Shown: positions 26,769 to 45,827 of the stretch, piece by piece
How the letters are laid out: each line of letters opens with the position of its first letter
How positions within the stretch are numbered: the stretch's first letter is position 1
Source: Piromyces finnis finn
Lineage: Eukaryota > Fungi > Neocallimastigomycota
Direction of reading: 5' to 3'
Assembly: GCA_002104945.1 (NCBI GenBank)
Contig: MCFH01000013.1
Span: 310,001 to 374,000, forward strand
DNA length: 64,000 nucleotides
Notes under the pieces: model-generated
Databases searched by the model: none
What the model was told of the DNA's origin: nothing
What the model saw: only the letters and a program-made list of their open reading frames with translations
Translations under genes and position numbers: made by a program

Positions 26769-29114
26769 AATATTTTTTTTATTTAGCAATTACTATTATA
26801 TTAACTTTGTATATATTATTTTATAAAGAATAACTTTGCATTAAAAATAATCAGGTGTATTTCTTGGGTATATATTATTATAATGTATTTTGCTATACTA
26901 TCTTTCTTATTTTACTATAAAAAATTATTTATTAATAAATAAGGTTAACTTTTTTTTATTTTCTTATAATTTTATGGTGGATTTACATAGAATATTGATC
27001 TAAAACACGTGGTTCTGTATTTATATATTATATTAAAGGTCAATTAAATACATCAATGCATAATATATATAAAGATAAAATCAATTTTATAATTAACAAC
27101 AGTTATAATTCTATTATAATTACTAAATAACCTATAAATATTTAAGTAGTCCATTTTTTTTTTTAATTTATGTATTTGATATATATTCCACATTTATTAT
27201 AAATCCATTTCTATATTAGGTTGATTATCGCTCAACAATTAATCCATTATTAATAAAGGAAAATTAGGAAAAAAAATGTTAAATTTATATAGTTTTTTTT
27301 CCTTTTGAGCTTTCCAAAAAAAAAAAAAAAAAAAGATAATAATAAATACAAATTTAAACTAATTTAGATTTCCTTTTTTGTATTTCAATAAATAAAATAA
27401 TCATATTAATAAATAATGGTAATATTATCACAAAATAATGGTTCAAGGGGAAAAAATAAATTTCTTTACTACACTATGATTTTATAGTGCTATAATTGTA
27501 CTAGACAAAATAAATTCTTTTTTTTTTTTTAATTAATTTTTTGTTGAAATAGACATTTTCGTATTTTTTTTTTTTTTTTGTTTATTACCTAAAAAATGAT
27601 AACAATATTAGATTGATAGGAGAAAAAAGTTGAGCATCTTTTTCTTTCTATTTTTTGTGGTAAGCTTTTTTTTTTTATCCTATGAAATTATTAATATTTA
27701 TATATATAATTTATATTAATATATAATATAATAATAAAATAATAATAGATTAGTTAATATAATTTTTAATAAATTTATATATGTAGAATTAATCTTTCAT
27801 AGATTAAAAAATTTTATTTTATATATAATTCTGGATACATTTAACTTTTGTTATTAAATATATATTAGAATATATTTGATTATTAGAAAAAATTTATTAA
27901 TTAATTAAATTATATATTACTGTATTACAATAAACGTTTTTTTTTTTTAAAATATATTAAATTTAATATTTTAATAAAAAATAAACAAATATGGCATATT
28001 ATGTATTACAATTCTATTTTACTATATATAACAATATATTGAATTTTATTTGTTCAATTTATAATCTATTTATATTAATACTATTTGAAATTAAATTAAA
28101 TTTTTTTTTCTAGGTAAATCAATTATTCTTATTATCGTGTTTATTACAGTTTAGTATAATATATTGTATTTTTTAATTAACTATTCTATTACAATATATT
28201 ATTTCTATATTACTAATATTCATCAATTTGTTGATTAAATTTTCAAAAAAAAAAAAAAGATTAGAAATAAAATAATTAGTAAATTATAATAATATATTTA
28301 TAATAATATATTACAATATATTGTATTTTTTTTTTTTTTTTAACTTTTTAATTTTATTTTTTTTTCTTTTTTCTTTTTTATTTTAAATATTAGAAATCAA
28401 AAAAAGATAGCATCTTAATTTGGTGGTATAAAATATTATATGATATAATGGTAATTAAAATGAAAATTTTTATATCATTTAAAAAAGTAATTAATATGCT
28501 ATGAATATAAAGTGGAAAATAATATAAATGAAATAATAAATTGACAGGATTAAAACTGGATTAAAATAAAATTTAGCATTACAAAATAAATAAATAGTCT
28601 ATATGAAATATAAAAATTAAAAATCATTATGTACACAAAATAAGTTAAAGAAAAAGTAATAAAATGACACATTTAAAGCGAAAATTGAAAAAGAAGAATA
28701 ACATTAAATGTAGTTAAATACTAAATTAAATAAATATTATCAAATTCTCATTAAATATTATCAAATTTTCATTAAAAATGAGAAATATCATAACATAGAT
28801 CTTTTTAAAGTTTAAAAAGCAATTAAACTTATTAAAATAAAAAAATATAAAAGAACTAAAATATATGTATACCTTTTATATATATTTTTATAGGAATTAT
28901 AGTTTTACCAAAACCATATCTAATTATATCATATAGTATTGATAAAAATTTGCTGAAATTCTATTTTTTTTTTTTTTAATTCATATTTAAATATTTTAAT
29001 ATTACAAGTTTTAAATAAATAATATAATTTCGTTTTATTTAAATTAACTTTTAAGCGCATTTTCACTTCATTTCATAATAATTTTTAAATTATTTTTAAT
29101 AAAAGTAACGCAAA

Positions 29115-30720
29115 ATGTCAAGAAAACGTACACCAATTGATAATGTTGATTATTTATCCTATTGCTGGGGTAATGAATTAGATTTAGCAACAAGCTGGAG
29201 AGTTATGACTAAAAATAAGGATACTATGATTAATGGTCATCGTTTAGAAGTACGTATAATTGTATAATTAAAAAATATTTGCAATAATTTTTTTTAATAT
29301 AAGGGAAAAAAAAGAAATTATAAAAAAAAAACAGAAAATATTATAAAAAAAAGTGTTTTAATATTCATATTTTATTAATATATCCGTATTAAACTAATTA
29401 AAATAATTGATACTATTTGAAAAAAAAAAAAAGAATGCAAGTTGGAGAAAATGGTTTCAACAACGTTATTCACTTCCTTTATTAAATCCAGCTGAGTTAA
29501 ATTGGTTTAAAGATAGCGATATTTGTTGGCTTTATGGACCAATGCATTTACATGATGACAACGAAAAGAAGCCACATACTAACTTTAATACTAACACTAA
29601 CTTAAAATCTGCCTTAAAGAAGTCTTCTCTTGATGAATTCCATAAAACTATAGAATCTTTAAAGCAAGCAAAAATTGCTTTAGATAATAACAACAAATTA
29701 AATGTTCCAAAGAAAAAGAAACAATTAAGATTTAATAATGAAGTTGAACAACGTATTTCAGTAAATATTAATCCAGATGATGATTTCAGATATAATCCAA
29801 GATTCCAACACTCTGCTCTTAATGAATACTTAAAGAGTGTTGTAGAAGAAGAAGAAGATGAAGATGATGAAGAGATTAATTTCTATGATGAAGTTGAATC
29901 TACATCAGATGAAGATTCTGAAGATGATGGACTTGATAAGAATAAATTCAAAAATTTAAATAGAAACTATTCAATATTAAAAAAGAAATCATTTGAGACC
30001 ACACATAAATTACCACCAACTACTTTAAAAGGTGCTGATAGTGAAAGTGATTGTTCATCTTCTCAAAATAACTTTTCCTTTGAAGAATATGGTCAAGATT
30101 TTGAGATAACTGAAACCTCCAATGATCCATATTATATTGAAACTGAAGAAAATAGATTAAATTATAATGATTCTAATCCAAAATATGTTAGATTATCTAC
30201 TTCTTCACCGGCTGTTTATGATTATCAAGAAAGTGATAAAAATGAAAGAAGACCATCCAACTTAAGAAGTCATGCCATTGTAGATGATGATTTTGATGAT
30301 GATGAAATTTACGAACTTAAAGAAACTAATAGAAATGCTTTAGATGAAGAAGTATTAGATGATACTAACTTATCAGCGGCTGATTTATTTGGTAATAATG
30401 AAAATAAAGAAGAAGTTTTAAAAAATATACCACCAAAACTAACTAATTCCCTAATTATTGAAAGTAGAACAGCCACTACAGTTGAATCTCCAATAGAAGC
30501 TAACTCAAGCTTCATTAATAATCAAGATAAGGATATAATAAGTGCCATTGAATCTAAGAATTCCAAACCTAGCAAAGCATCTGACATGATACATAATTTA
30601 TATTCAACCGTTCATTATTATTCATCTTTTTTAAATAGAAAAAGTAAATATTTTATATTTAGAAATAAAAACAATATTAATAAAAATGTTGAAGAAAATA
30701 ATGTAAAAATTATTAAATAA
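29115..30720 (+). CDS. REG1: Reg1-like PP1 (Glc7) regulatory subunit, glucose repression; 2 exons
   Basis: Exon 1 29115-29249 plus exon 2 29434-30720 give NVDYLSYCWGNELDLATSWRVM...HRLE|NASWRKWFQQRYSLPLLNPAELNWFKDSDICWLYGP. This matches the yeast Reg1 block (VDYLSHDW...RLENASWRTW...NWSKDSDVTWLYGP). An RVxF-like KQLRFNNEVEQRISV follows. Confidence 0.82.
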
Positions 30721-32036
30721 TAGTTTGGAGAAAAAGTATAAAAATTATTTTTATTTAAAATAACAATATCAACAACAAAAACAATAGTCAGTACTCAACG
30801 CACTAACTCTAACAACACACAAAAACAAATTTATTTACCTAGTAGTAAATCAATATAATTGTAAATACAATTAAAAAAAAAAAAAAAAAACACGTGCGAA
30901 CAACAACACCATCATCATTTTGTTTCCATCATTATATAAAATCTAAAGTTGGAATTGGAAAAAATCAAAAAAAAAATAACTCAATAAAATAATAGTTTAT
31001 TAAAAAAAAAAAGTTAAATTTTGATATTATCCAACTCTTACCTATTTTTTTTGTAAATAAATAAAATATAAAAGATAAACAAACAAAAAGCAGTAAAAAA
31101 AAAAAACTAAAAAAAAAAAAAAAAACATTTACGACAAAAAAAAAAAAAGATAAACAATAATAAATAATACAATAATGGAAAACACAAAAAAAATGTAAAA
31201 AAAAAAAAGATTAAATATTATCAATAACTACGAAAGAGCAGTAATATATATAAATATTTTGAATAATACCCCTCTTATTGTATATTTTTAATAATAATAA
31301 CAAAGACAGTCTTATTTCTTCAAATTATATATATAATTTTTCTGTTATTTTTCTTTTTTTTTTTTTTCTTAAAAAAATTACTCTAAGAAATATGCCTTTT
31401 TAAATATACTAATAATAATAATTTTATAAATTTTTTATAGAATAAAAAAAAAAAGTTATCCCTATTATCCTTTTTACCCCCAAAGAAAAAAAATACCTAT
31501 AGAAAACCCTTTATAAGTAACATGAATAATCCCAAAATAATTTTTAACTACATTACTATTATTTTATTTAAATCCTAATTTTATTTTATAGTATATATTA
31601 TTTATATTAAAAATAATATATATTTATTATAATCTTTTTTTTTTCAACTTAACTTTTTCTATATTATAATATATATAAAATATATATATTTTATAGCTTT
31701 CATTTGAATCTCAATACAATATATATTAACAATACAATATATATATAATAATATAAAAATGAAAGAAAGGAAGGAAAGAAAAAAAAAAAAGATTTTTAAA
31801 CTTTCTTTTAAGAGAGTAAAAACAAATTATTTAATTCTCATTAATTTTTTTTACCTTTTTTATATTTATTTATTTTATTAGTAATTATAAGCATATTTAT
31901 ATAAGAAAAAAAAAATTAAAAAAAAAAAAAAGTAATTTTTTTAATATAATTTATAATTTATTTATTTTTTTTTTTTTTTTTTTAAGATGATTATTTTTTA
32001 ATAACTTATTAAATATAATTTATCGTTATTTTAATT

Positions 32037-32079
<43 letters not shown>

Positions 32080-32390
32080 AATAAAATAATAATCCATAAT
32101 TATATCTTAAAAGAAAAAAAAAAAGAGTTAAAAATAACTGATTTAAAAGTTATATATATAGAATTTTTTGTTATTATTTATATTCTTTAAAAGAAAATAA
32201 AAAAAAAAAAAAAATAAATAAAAATAAATCTTGTTTTAGTTTAAAATATTAATTATAAAAAGTAAAAAAAAATAAAAAAAAAAAATAAAAAAAATAAAAA
32301 TAAAAAAAAAAAAAAGAGAAATTATTTGAATGTTATTATTTTAAAATTTATATATTTTTATTTTTGAATAGCTATTATTTTTATTACAAA

Positions 32391-32519
32391 TAAAACATTA
32401 AATGAATCATGATGATTCTAATGGGACGGTTCTATTTATTCTTTTACTCATTTTATAAAATATTTTTATTGCATATAAAATACTAAATGGATCATGATGA
32501 TTCTATGAGACGGTTCTAT

Positions 32520-32546
<27 letters not shown>
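32391..32546. repeat. Degenerate tandem duplication (period about 85 bp) overlapping the 5'-nucleotidase stop codon
   Basis: aatgaatcatgatgattctaatgggacggttctatttattcttttactcattttataa (32401-32458) versus aatggatcatgatgattctatgagacggttctatttattcttttaataattttataa (32486-32542). Confidence 0.9.
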
Positions 32547-33892
<1,346 letters not shown>

Positions 33893-34152
33893 GATGTTTT
33901 TTTTTTTTTTTTTTTTTTTAATTGTTTAATATTATTTTCAATTTATAAATAATATTTTGTAATTCGTTAATTAGATATATTTTCCAAATGAATGCTAATT
34001 TTTCTAATTTTTCTAATTTTTCTACAATTATATATATAAATAAGTTTTGATTGTTTATATTTATAAATATTTTAAGATAAATAATAAAAAGTTTTTCGGT
34101 TATTTAAAAAAAACATTCATTTTTTAATAATAGATAAAAAGTTTAATTTTAC

Positions 34153-34158
34153 ACGCGT
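34153..34158. promoter_or_regulatory. Candidate MCB element (ACGCGT)
   Basis: Perfect MluI-box hexamer about 260 bp upstream of the 5'-nucleotidase ATG in otherwise almost GC-free DNA. Function untested. Confidence 0.3.
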
Positions 34159-35953
34159 TTGTTTCAACTTTTTCATTTTAATATAAATAGCCACAAATTT
34201 TAATTATTTTTATATAAAAAATTAATATTATTTTTTTATAAATATCAAACCATTTACATTTAATTAACAAAATCTAATTAAAAATATGAAATGTACAAAT
34301 TGTAAAATAGGATAAAAGTTCAAAAAAAAAAAGATAAAAGTTACTTTAATTATACTTATTAAATGGAACTATTATGAAATGACATACACATTATAATATA
34401 TACCTTTTATTATTAACGGGAAAAAGTAAAGAATATATTTAATAGCTTTCCAAAAAAAAAATATATATATATATATTGCATTGAAATAAACCTTTTATTC
34501 ATAATTCTCTTTTCTATTATTACTTGTTTGCATTTAATAATCCTATCACATTAAATAAATACTTTATAAAATTGTTATTAAAGTTAGTAATAAATTAGAT
34601 GTTTATTATTTAGTACCACATTTTAACTTTTCTTTACAAACTAAAATATTCTATTGTTAATACATATTTTAAAGTTAATTAAATTACATATTAAAAAAAA
34701 AAAAAAAAAAAAAGAATTTAATTAGTTTTTTATTAATAAAATTTTTCTTTCAAAAACATAAATATTTATAAATGATAAAACAATGAAAAATATTATTTAT
34801 TATGTAATACTTTTTATTATTCTGTTAATCGAAAGAAAAGATACATATTACAACTTTTTAAAATATTTAAAAATATTATTATCTTTTTAAATTGCAGATG
34901 AATAAAAATACCAAATATTGACATCTTTAATAAAGTATTTTTTTTTTTTACAATATTTTTTAATTTCATTCATTAGGGTTTTAACTATTATCTCATGATT
35001 ATTATATTTAATATAAACTTTAATATTATAAAGTTAAAGTATTTGATTGAAATAATTCAAAATTATACTCAATTACATATAAAGTAAGACCTTTTTAAAT
35101 TATTAATACATATCCTATTTCTAACTATCTAACTATCTTGTAACTAATTTAGTATTTAATAAGTTATTATATCTATATATATAAAATATTTTTAAAAATT
35201 TTTCTTTTCTTTTACTATTTTTAATTTTGATTATCGATGTATTACAACTTTTTTCTTTAAAGTGTTGGTTATTTCTGAAAGTGATACTACCTATAACACC
35301 CTTTTTGATAGAGGTAGTATCAATTTCTGTTTAAATTAATAAAATTTTAAAATTTTTTATAAAATATTTAAAATACATTGCAATATATAGTTCATATATA
35401 TTATATTTAAATCAACAATTTATATTTCTTTAATTTTTAAAATTTAAAAAAAATTTAATTTTATATATAATATATTCAATTTATATAATTTATAGTATAA
35501 TCTAATATATATTTAATATATATAATATATATAATATATATAATTTATTATTTAGTGAAATCATCCATTTTTTTAGTTTTTAAAATTTCAATTTTGGAAA
35601 TTAAATTAAATGTATAAATATATTATATATATATTATTTAATTTATTCTATTCTATTCAATTGAAAGAAATACAATAAATATTTATAAAGTCAGAAAGGG
35701 AAAAGAAATACTTTTAATTTTATTTTATAATAAAAATAAAAAAGGTAGAAAAAGGGAAAAAAAAAAAAAAACGACAAGAAAAGAATAAATAAATAAAAAA
35801 GTTTATTTAAAAAAATAATTTTTTTTTTTAAAAAAAATCAATTCTTTATATTTTTTTTTCTATTACTTTTTCTACTTTTTAAAAAAGTATCTTTTTTAAA
35901 TTATTTTCTTTTTCTATACTATATCTCTTTATATATCTTTGTAGGTGGTAATA

Positions 35954-35967
35954 GTTTCCATGGTAAT
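35954..35967. promoter_or_regulatory. Candidate RFX X-box (GTTTCCATGGTAAT)
   Basis: One mismatch from the canonical GTTTCCATGGTAAC X-box and fits the relaxed RYYNYYWWRRNRAY consensus. It lies in the divergent intergenic region between NT5C3 and the F-box gene. Confidence 0.35.
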
Positions 35968-37106
35968 AGACTATTCAATTTGATGCAAGTAATCTATTTA
36001 TTGTAAATATAACAAAATTTTTTTTGAAATTTAAAAAGCAAACATTATATCAATTGAATGAAAAACATTAAACTACCTATATTAATACTATATTTTGGTC
36101 TGTATTTAAAATAAAGAAAAGAATTACTCATGTTAAACAATAATTCATTTTAAAAAATATATATACAATAATTTCATTGTCAATATAAACAATTATTGAG
36201 GGGGAAAAAAACTGATTTAAAAAATAAATTTTAAATACAACATTTTAAATTACTATCAAAAACAATAATTTCAGGAATCATTGGAAAAATAATTCAGTTA
36301 TATATTCTTTCTTTTTTTTTTCTCTCTCTCTAATTATTTTTTTTTTGCTTATCAAGAAATTTTATTAAATATTAGTTGATTTAACAATAACAACAACAAC
36401 AACAAAAAAAAAAAAACATTCATTTATGAAATTTATTAGAATTACAATAAAACTATTTATATAGCATTTTATTTTATTTTTTTTTCTTTTTTTCTTTTTT
36501 TTAAAAAAAAGAGAAATAAAATATAAAGAAAATATTTACAAATATCTTATTATTATATATTTCTTAGCAAGTCAAATCAAATGAATGAATAGTTATAGTT
36601 ATGAATTAAATATTATAAAAGCTATATTTTTATTAAGGAGTAATTAAATAATCCTTCTTTTTTAAAAAAAAAACTTTTTTTTTATTATAAAAAAATAGAA
36701 TAATTATAAATTTTCATGCTAAGCCATCATCTCTATTTTTTTTTTGTTTGTTTGTTTTTTTATTACAAGAATTGTTTTTAACAAACTTTTTGAAGTATCT
36801 ACAATTTTTGGCTCTTACTAATGAAAATTTTTCAATAGTATAAAAATTTTTTTAATGAAAAGTAAAATTTATTAAGTAACTGAAATTCTATTATTATCAA
36901 TTATAATTAATTATAAAGTGGTATTTTCTTTTTCTAATTAAATTACAAATAATATAATTCAAAATCAATTATTTTTTATTGAAAAAGATAAAAAAAGGCT
37001 AAAAAAAAAAAAAAAAGGATTAATACTAATTAATTATAAAAATAAAATTTATTTTATTTTTATCTTAATTTTTATTATTATTTAAAGAAATAAAAAAAAA
37101 AAAGTT

Positions 37107-41408
<4,302 letters not shown>

Positions 41409-43402
41409 CATTTTTGAATTATTAAAAAAAAAAAAAAAAAATTCAAAGTAACCTAAAAAAAAAAAAAAAATACCATCAAATCCTATTATAAAATAATTAA
41501 TAGTAATAATAACTATATATATATATATATAAAAAAAAAAAAAACCTCAACTATTTCAAAAAAAAAATTATTAAATAAATCAATAAAATTTCCTTGAAAA
41601 AATATTTTAATATAAATTATTAAAAGGTATATTTCTCATTTCCAGATAGATAAAAGTTTATAACTAATGTTCTTTTTTGTTGTATTTTGAATATAGTGTC
41701 TTAAAAGTATAATATTTTTAAAGTTTACATAAATTTATATATGAAAAAATGCTATTACATTGATAATATATAAAAAAAAACATATATATAACATATAACC
41801 TTTTATAAAATGTTTTTATAATATTTAGTCTTTAGTATGCTTTTTGAGGTATAATAATCGTATTATCCTTACATTACATTACAAAAGATTCAATTTCTAT
41901 TCATTATTCATCTTTTTTAATGAAAAATTTTTTAAAAAAAAGATTTTAAAAAAAAAAATTAAACAAAGATATATAAAAGTATTAGATTTTCCTGAATAAA
42001 AGTTGTAGGATATATTCTATATTTTATTTTTATTTTTATTATTAACTATTATTTTTGACATCAAAATATAAGGTCACTTTTTAATAATTTTTAATTAATG
42101 TATACATAATATTTTATTAATAAAAATATAAGAAAAAATCTTTCATTTAAAATTTTTATAATTTTTTTATTGTTGTTCATAGGATGGTATAAATATAATA
42201 TTATATAATATTATATATATTAGTTTATATTGTATTTAATTATAAAATATAATTTGATATATTTAACTTTTCATTCACAGTAAAAATCTTTTTTACATAA
42301 AAATTTTCCATTTTCTTTATTAGTTTTAAAAAAAAAAAAAATTTTTTTATTTAAATTATAATTAATTATAAAATTTTAAAGGTAAACAAATAAAGAAGAA
42401 ATATAAAGTAAAATTTTTATAATTTCTAGATTTGAAATTTAAAAGTCATTATATAATTAAAAAAAAAAAAAAATTAAAAGAAAAAGAGAAAAAAGAGTGG
42501 TAAACCAAATATTCATTAGCAGTATATTTTTATTAATAAACAATTATCATCATCATTATTACAATTAATGTAATTTTAAAAATCTCAACCAAAATCTTTT
42601 TTTCATTATTGAAAATCAAAGAATAAATATATAAATATATATACGTATATCTATATACAAGATATAACATTCATTCAATATATACAAGAAAATGTTGTTT
42701 TTTTTTTAAAAAAAAAAAAAATAGAAAGTTTTATAGCTATTAAAAAAAAAATAAGAGTTTATATAAAATGTTTGAATAAAATGATAAATTTTTAAATTTT
42801 TAGATTTAAAAAATATTTCAAAATAAACAATATTTATTTGTTTTCTTTATTTTAATTGAAAAGAAAGAATAAAATAAAATAAAAAATAATATTAATTCAA
42901 AGATATGATTTATAATATATGTAAAAGAAGATGAAAGGAATAAAATAGGAAATGATTGTATTAATAAATAATAAATCTTTTAAAGTTTGATAAAAGATGA
43001 TTGTGGAGAAGAATTATAATTTCTGTTTTATATAAAGATACTTAATAGGTCTAATAAAGAAAGAAGAAAAGAAAAAAATATAAATATTTATTATTTACAT
43101 CCAAAAAAAAAATAAAATAAAATAAAAAAATAGAAAATTTATTATAAACTTTTTTTATAGTTTTTTTTTATCTAGAATTTATTAAAGACAGTACTTTTTT
43201 TTTTTTTAAAAAAAAAAAAATAAATATAAATATATTATATTATATTATTTAAATTAATGCCTTTTTTTTTTTTTTCTATTAATATCTTTTATACATTTCA
43301 TCAATCTTAAATGAAAAAAATTATTAATTCATTATTATATTTTATTTGTATAATATTCATTTAATATTGTTGTCATCATCAAAAGTAGAATTTCAAATTA
43401 TA

Positions 43403-45575
43403 ATGTCCAAAGATTTACTTAATTCTCGAATACCTTTATCATTTTCAACAATAGCTGGTGGACATCAGGAAAGAGAAACTAAAAAGAAAGCAGAATTTAC
43501 AGCTGATGATTTTCCTGCATTATCACTTTCATCAACAAGATCATCTTCATTTGATGAACATGTATTTATCTTTCCAATGAGAATAACAAAATATAAATTG
43601 ATATCACATTCTAAAAGAAAAAATAACCTTGTAAATAACCATTATTTTTATATATAATAATATTTTTATAAAAAATAATAATAAAGGGTATAAAGAAACA
43701 AATGCAATATGCTGTAAAAGCTGGTTCAACTCATTCATCAAAAAGTACTTCACAAGTAACTTCACCTAATAATTCAAAATCAAATCTTAATCAAAAAACA
43801 TTAGCTTCCCCAAAGGAAGAAAAGGATGACGCAATAATAGATTCTTTAGTAAATTCAACTTCAAATATTTCATTACAATCCGACTCAATATCTCCTTCAG
43901 GGACAGTAAAACAAAAAGACAATAAAAATGATAAATATTCAATTAATACTTTATTAGAACAAAAAAGAGAAGAAAATATATTGAATACTGGTAGTGATAT
44001 TTTATCATTTGGTTTTGATCTTACTGATAAAAAGTAAATATTATTTTTATTACATTTTTAGATTTCAAAAACTTTTAAGTAAAAGTATCGATAAATGTAA
44101 TGAAAAATAAATTCTTGTGTTTCTTTTTTTTTTACTAATTATTAATTATTAATATTAAATAATTTTTATTTTGCCCAACTTTATTCATTTCAAAATGAAA
44201 AAATAAAAATTATATTTCCCATTAAAAAAAAATAAAGAATATATCCAAAGTTTAGTTCACCATTTTCAAACAAACCAAAATTATTTCCAAAAAATCAACT
44301 ACCGACATGTTTCAGTTTACCACAAATGCCACCACCAATAATAACGAGAATTGGTGCATTTTCAGACGAAACTTTATTTTATATATTTTATACAATGCCA
44401 AAAGAATCAATACAAGAAGCTGCTGCACAAGAATTGTATAATAGAAATTGGAGATATCATAAACAGCATGGAATTTGGTTAGCTAAAGAATTAGGTAGTG
44501 AAGATGTTGTAAAAGGCTTAGGTTGTGAAAGAGGTTTATACCTATACTTTGATCCAATAAATTGGGAAAAGAAAAAACGCGAATTTATTATATATTATGA
44601 ACAACTAGAAGAACGTGGTCCAGTTGGTATTAGTTTATGTAAGTTTCTATTAAAGATATTTTCTTTACACAATTTTATATATAACACTTTTTCTTTATAT
44701 CCTTTAATATTTAATATATGAATTGATATTGATATTAAAAATATTTATATCTATTTTTTATACTATTGAATATAAATATTTACATAAATTTATGGAATAT
44801 TTAAATAATAGATAATAGAGATGATGAGGAAGGTGAAGAAGATGAAGTAGATGAAGAAAGTGAAATAGAGAAAACAAATTTAAGTAATATTGCATTAATG
44901 AATATGTTAAGACAAGGAAATGTTGATAACATAAATGCTTCAGTGTTAAATAGTATGAATATGGCTAATAGACAAATACTAGCAGATCAAGCTGCTTTAA
45001 ATCAATTTTCATTTGCTGGAAATAATCAATTGTCAAGTTTATCACCATTAAGTAATTCATCATCCCAACAATCAAATAATAATTTATTTTCTGTATTTGG
45101 AGCTGCCATGAATAATCCATCAATTATAAATCAACTTCAACAACAACAAAATTATTTAAATCAAAACGGTAATAATCCACAAAATATAAATTTAAATAAC
45201 ATTAACCCACTTTTAGGATTAAATAATGGTATAAATACATCTGGTAATCTACAATTTTTAAATCAAAATAATAATACCACACAGTCACCCCTTAATCTTT
45301 TAAATTTAGCAAATAACAAAAGTCAAATTCAAAATAATATAACACAATCAACTACTTCAGGAAATATAAATAATAACAATAACAACAATAATTTGAATAA
45401 AAATTTAATGAATGTTAATTTACCTATGGGTAATTTAAATTCTATGAATAATATTAATTTAAATACCTTAAAAACAATAAGTGGAATGAATATGAATGGC
45501 ATGGGAATGCACATGAATAATATGAATTTAAATGGTGTTAACATGACAATGAATAATAACTCAATAGGAAAATAA
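43403..45575 (+). CDS. NOT2: CCR4-NOT subunit Not2 (NOT2/3/5 box) with Asn/Gln/Met-rich C-terminal extension; 4 exons, about 552 aa
   Basis: Exons 43403-43561, 43687-44033, 44238-44626 and 44812-45575. EFTADDFPAL, GFDLT...IYPKFSSPF, and FSDETLFYIFYTMPKESIQEAAAQELYNRNWRYHK...YFDPINWEKKKREFIIYYEQLE. Confidence 0.85.
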
Positions 45576-45793
45576 ATTTAAATTAAGTTACATTACTACC
45601 AATTTTTTAATTTTTTTTTTTTCAAAAAAAAAAAAAATAGTTGATTTTATTTCTTTATTATTAAAATAATATATTTTATATAATTATTTTATTTATTTTT
45701 CTATTTATATATAATTAAACAAAACTAAAAAATTAAAAAAAAAAAAAAAGAACAAAAATAAAAACAAAAAAAAAAACAAAAAAAAAAAAAAAA

Positions 45794-45827
<34 letters not shown>

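Noticed and set aside
27006-27011. CACGTG E-box about 240 bp upstream of SQS1
   Set aside because: A second CACGTG (30891-30896) lies between convergent 3' ends, so single occurrences are not evidence of function here.
32038-32077. A40 run as a retroposed poly(A) tail
   Set aside because: Long A/T homopolymers occur throughout the window, and there is no adjacent processed gene or TSD.
35277-35327. SECIS element or let-7-like microRNA reading of the hairpin
   Set aside because: The 3' side lacks the GA needed for the SECIS non-Watson-Crick quartet (TGAT pairs canonically with ATCA), and no in-frame UGA selenoprotein is nearby. The GAGGTAGTA match to let-7 is 9 nt and let-7 is animal-specific.
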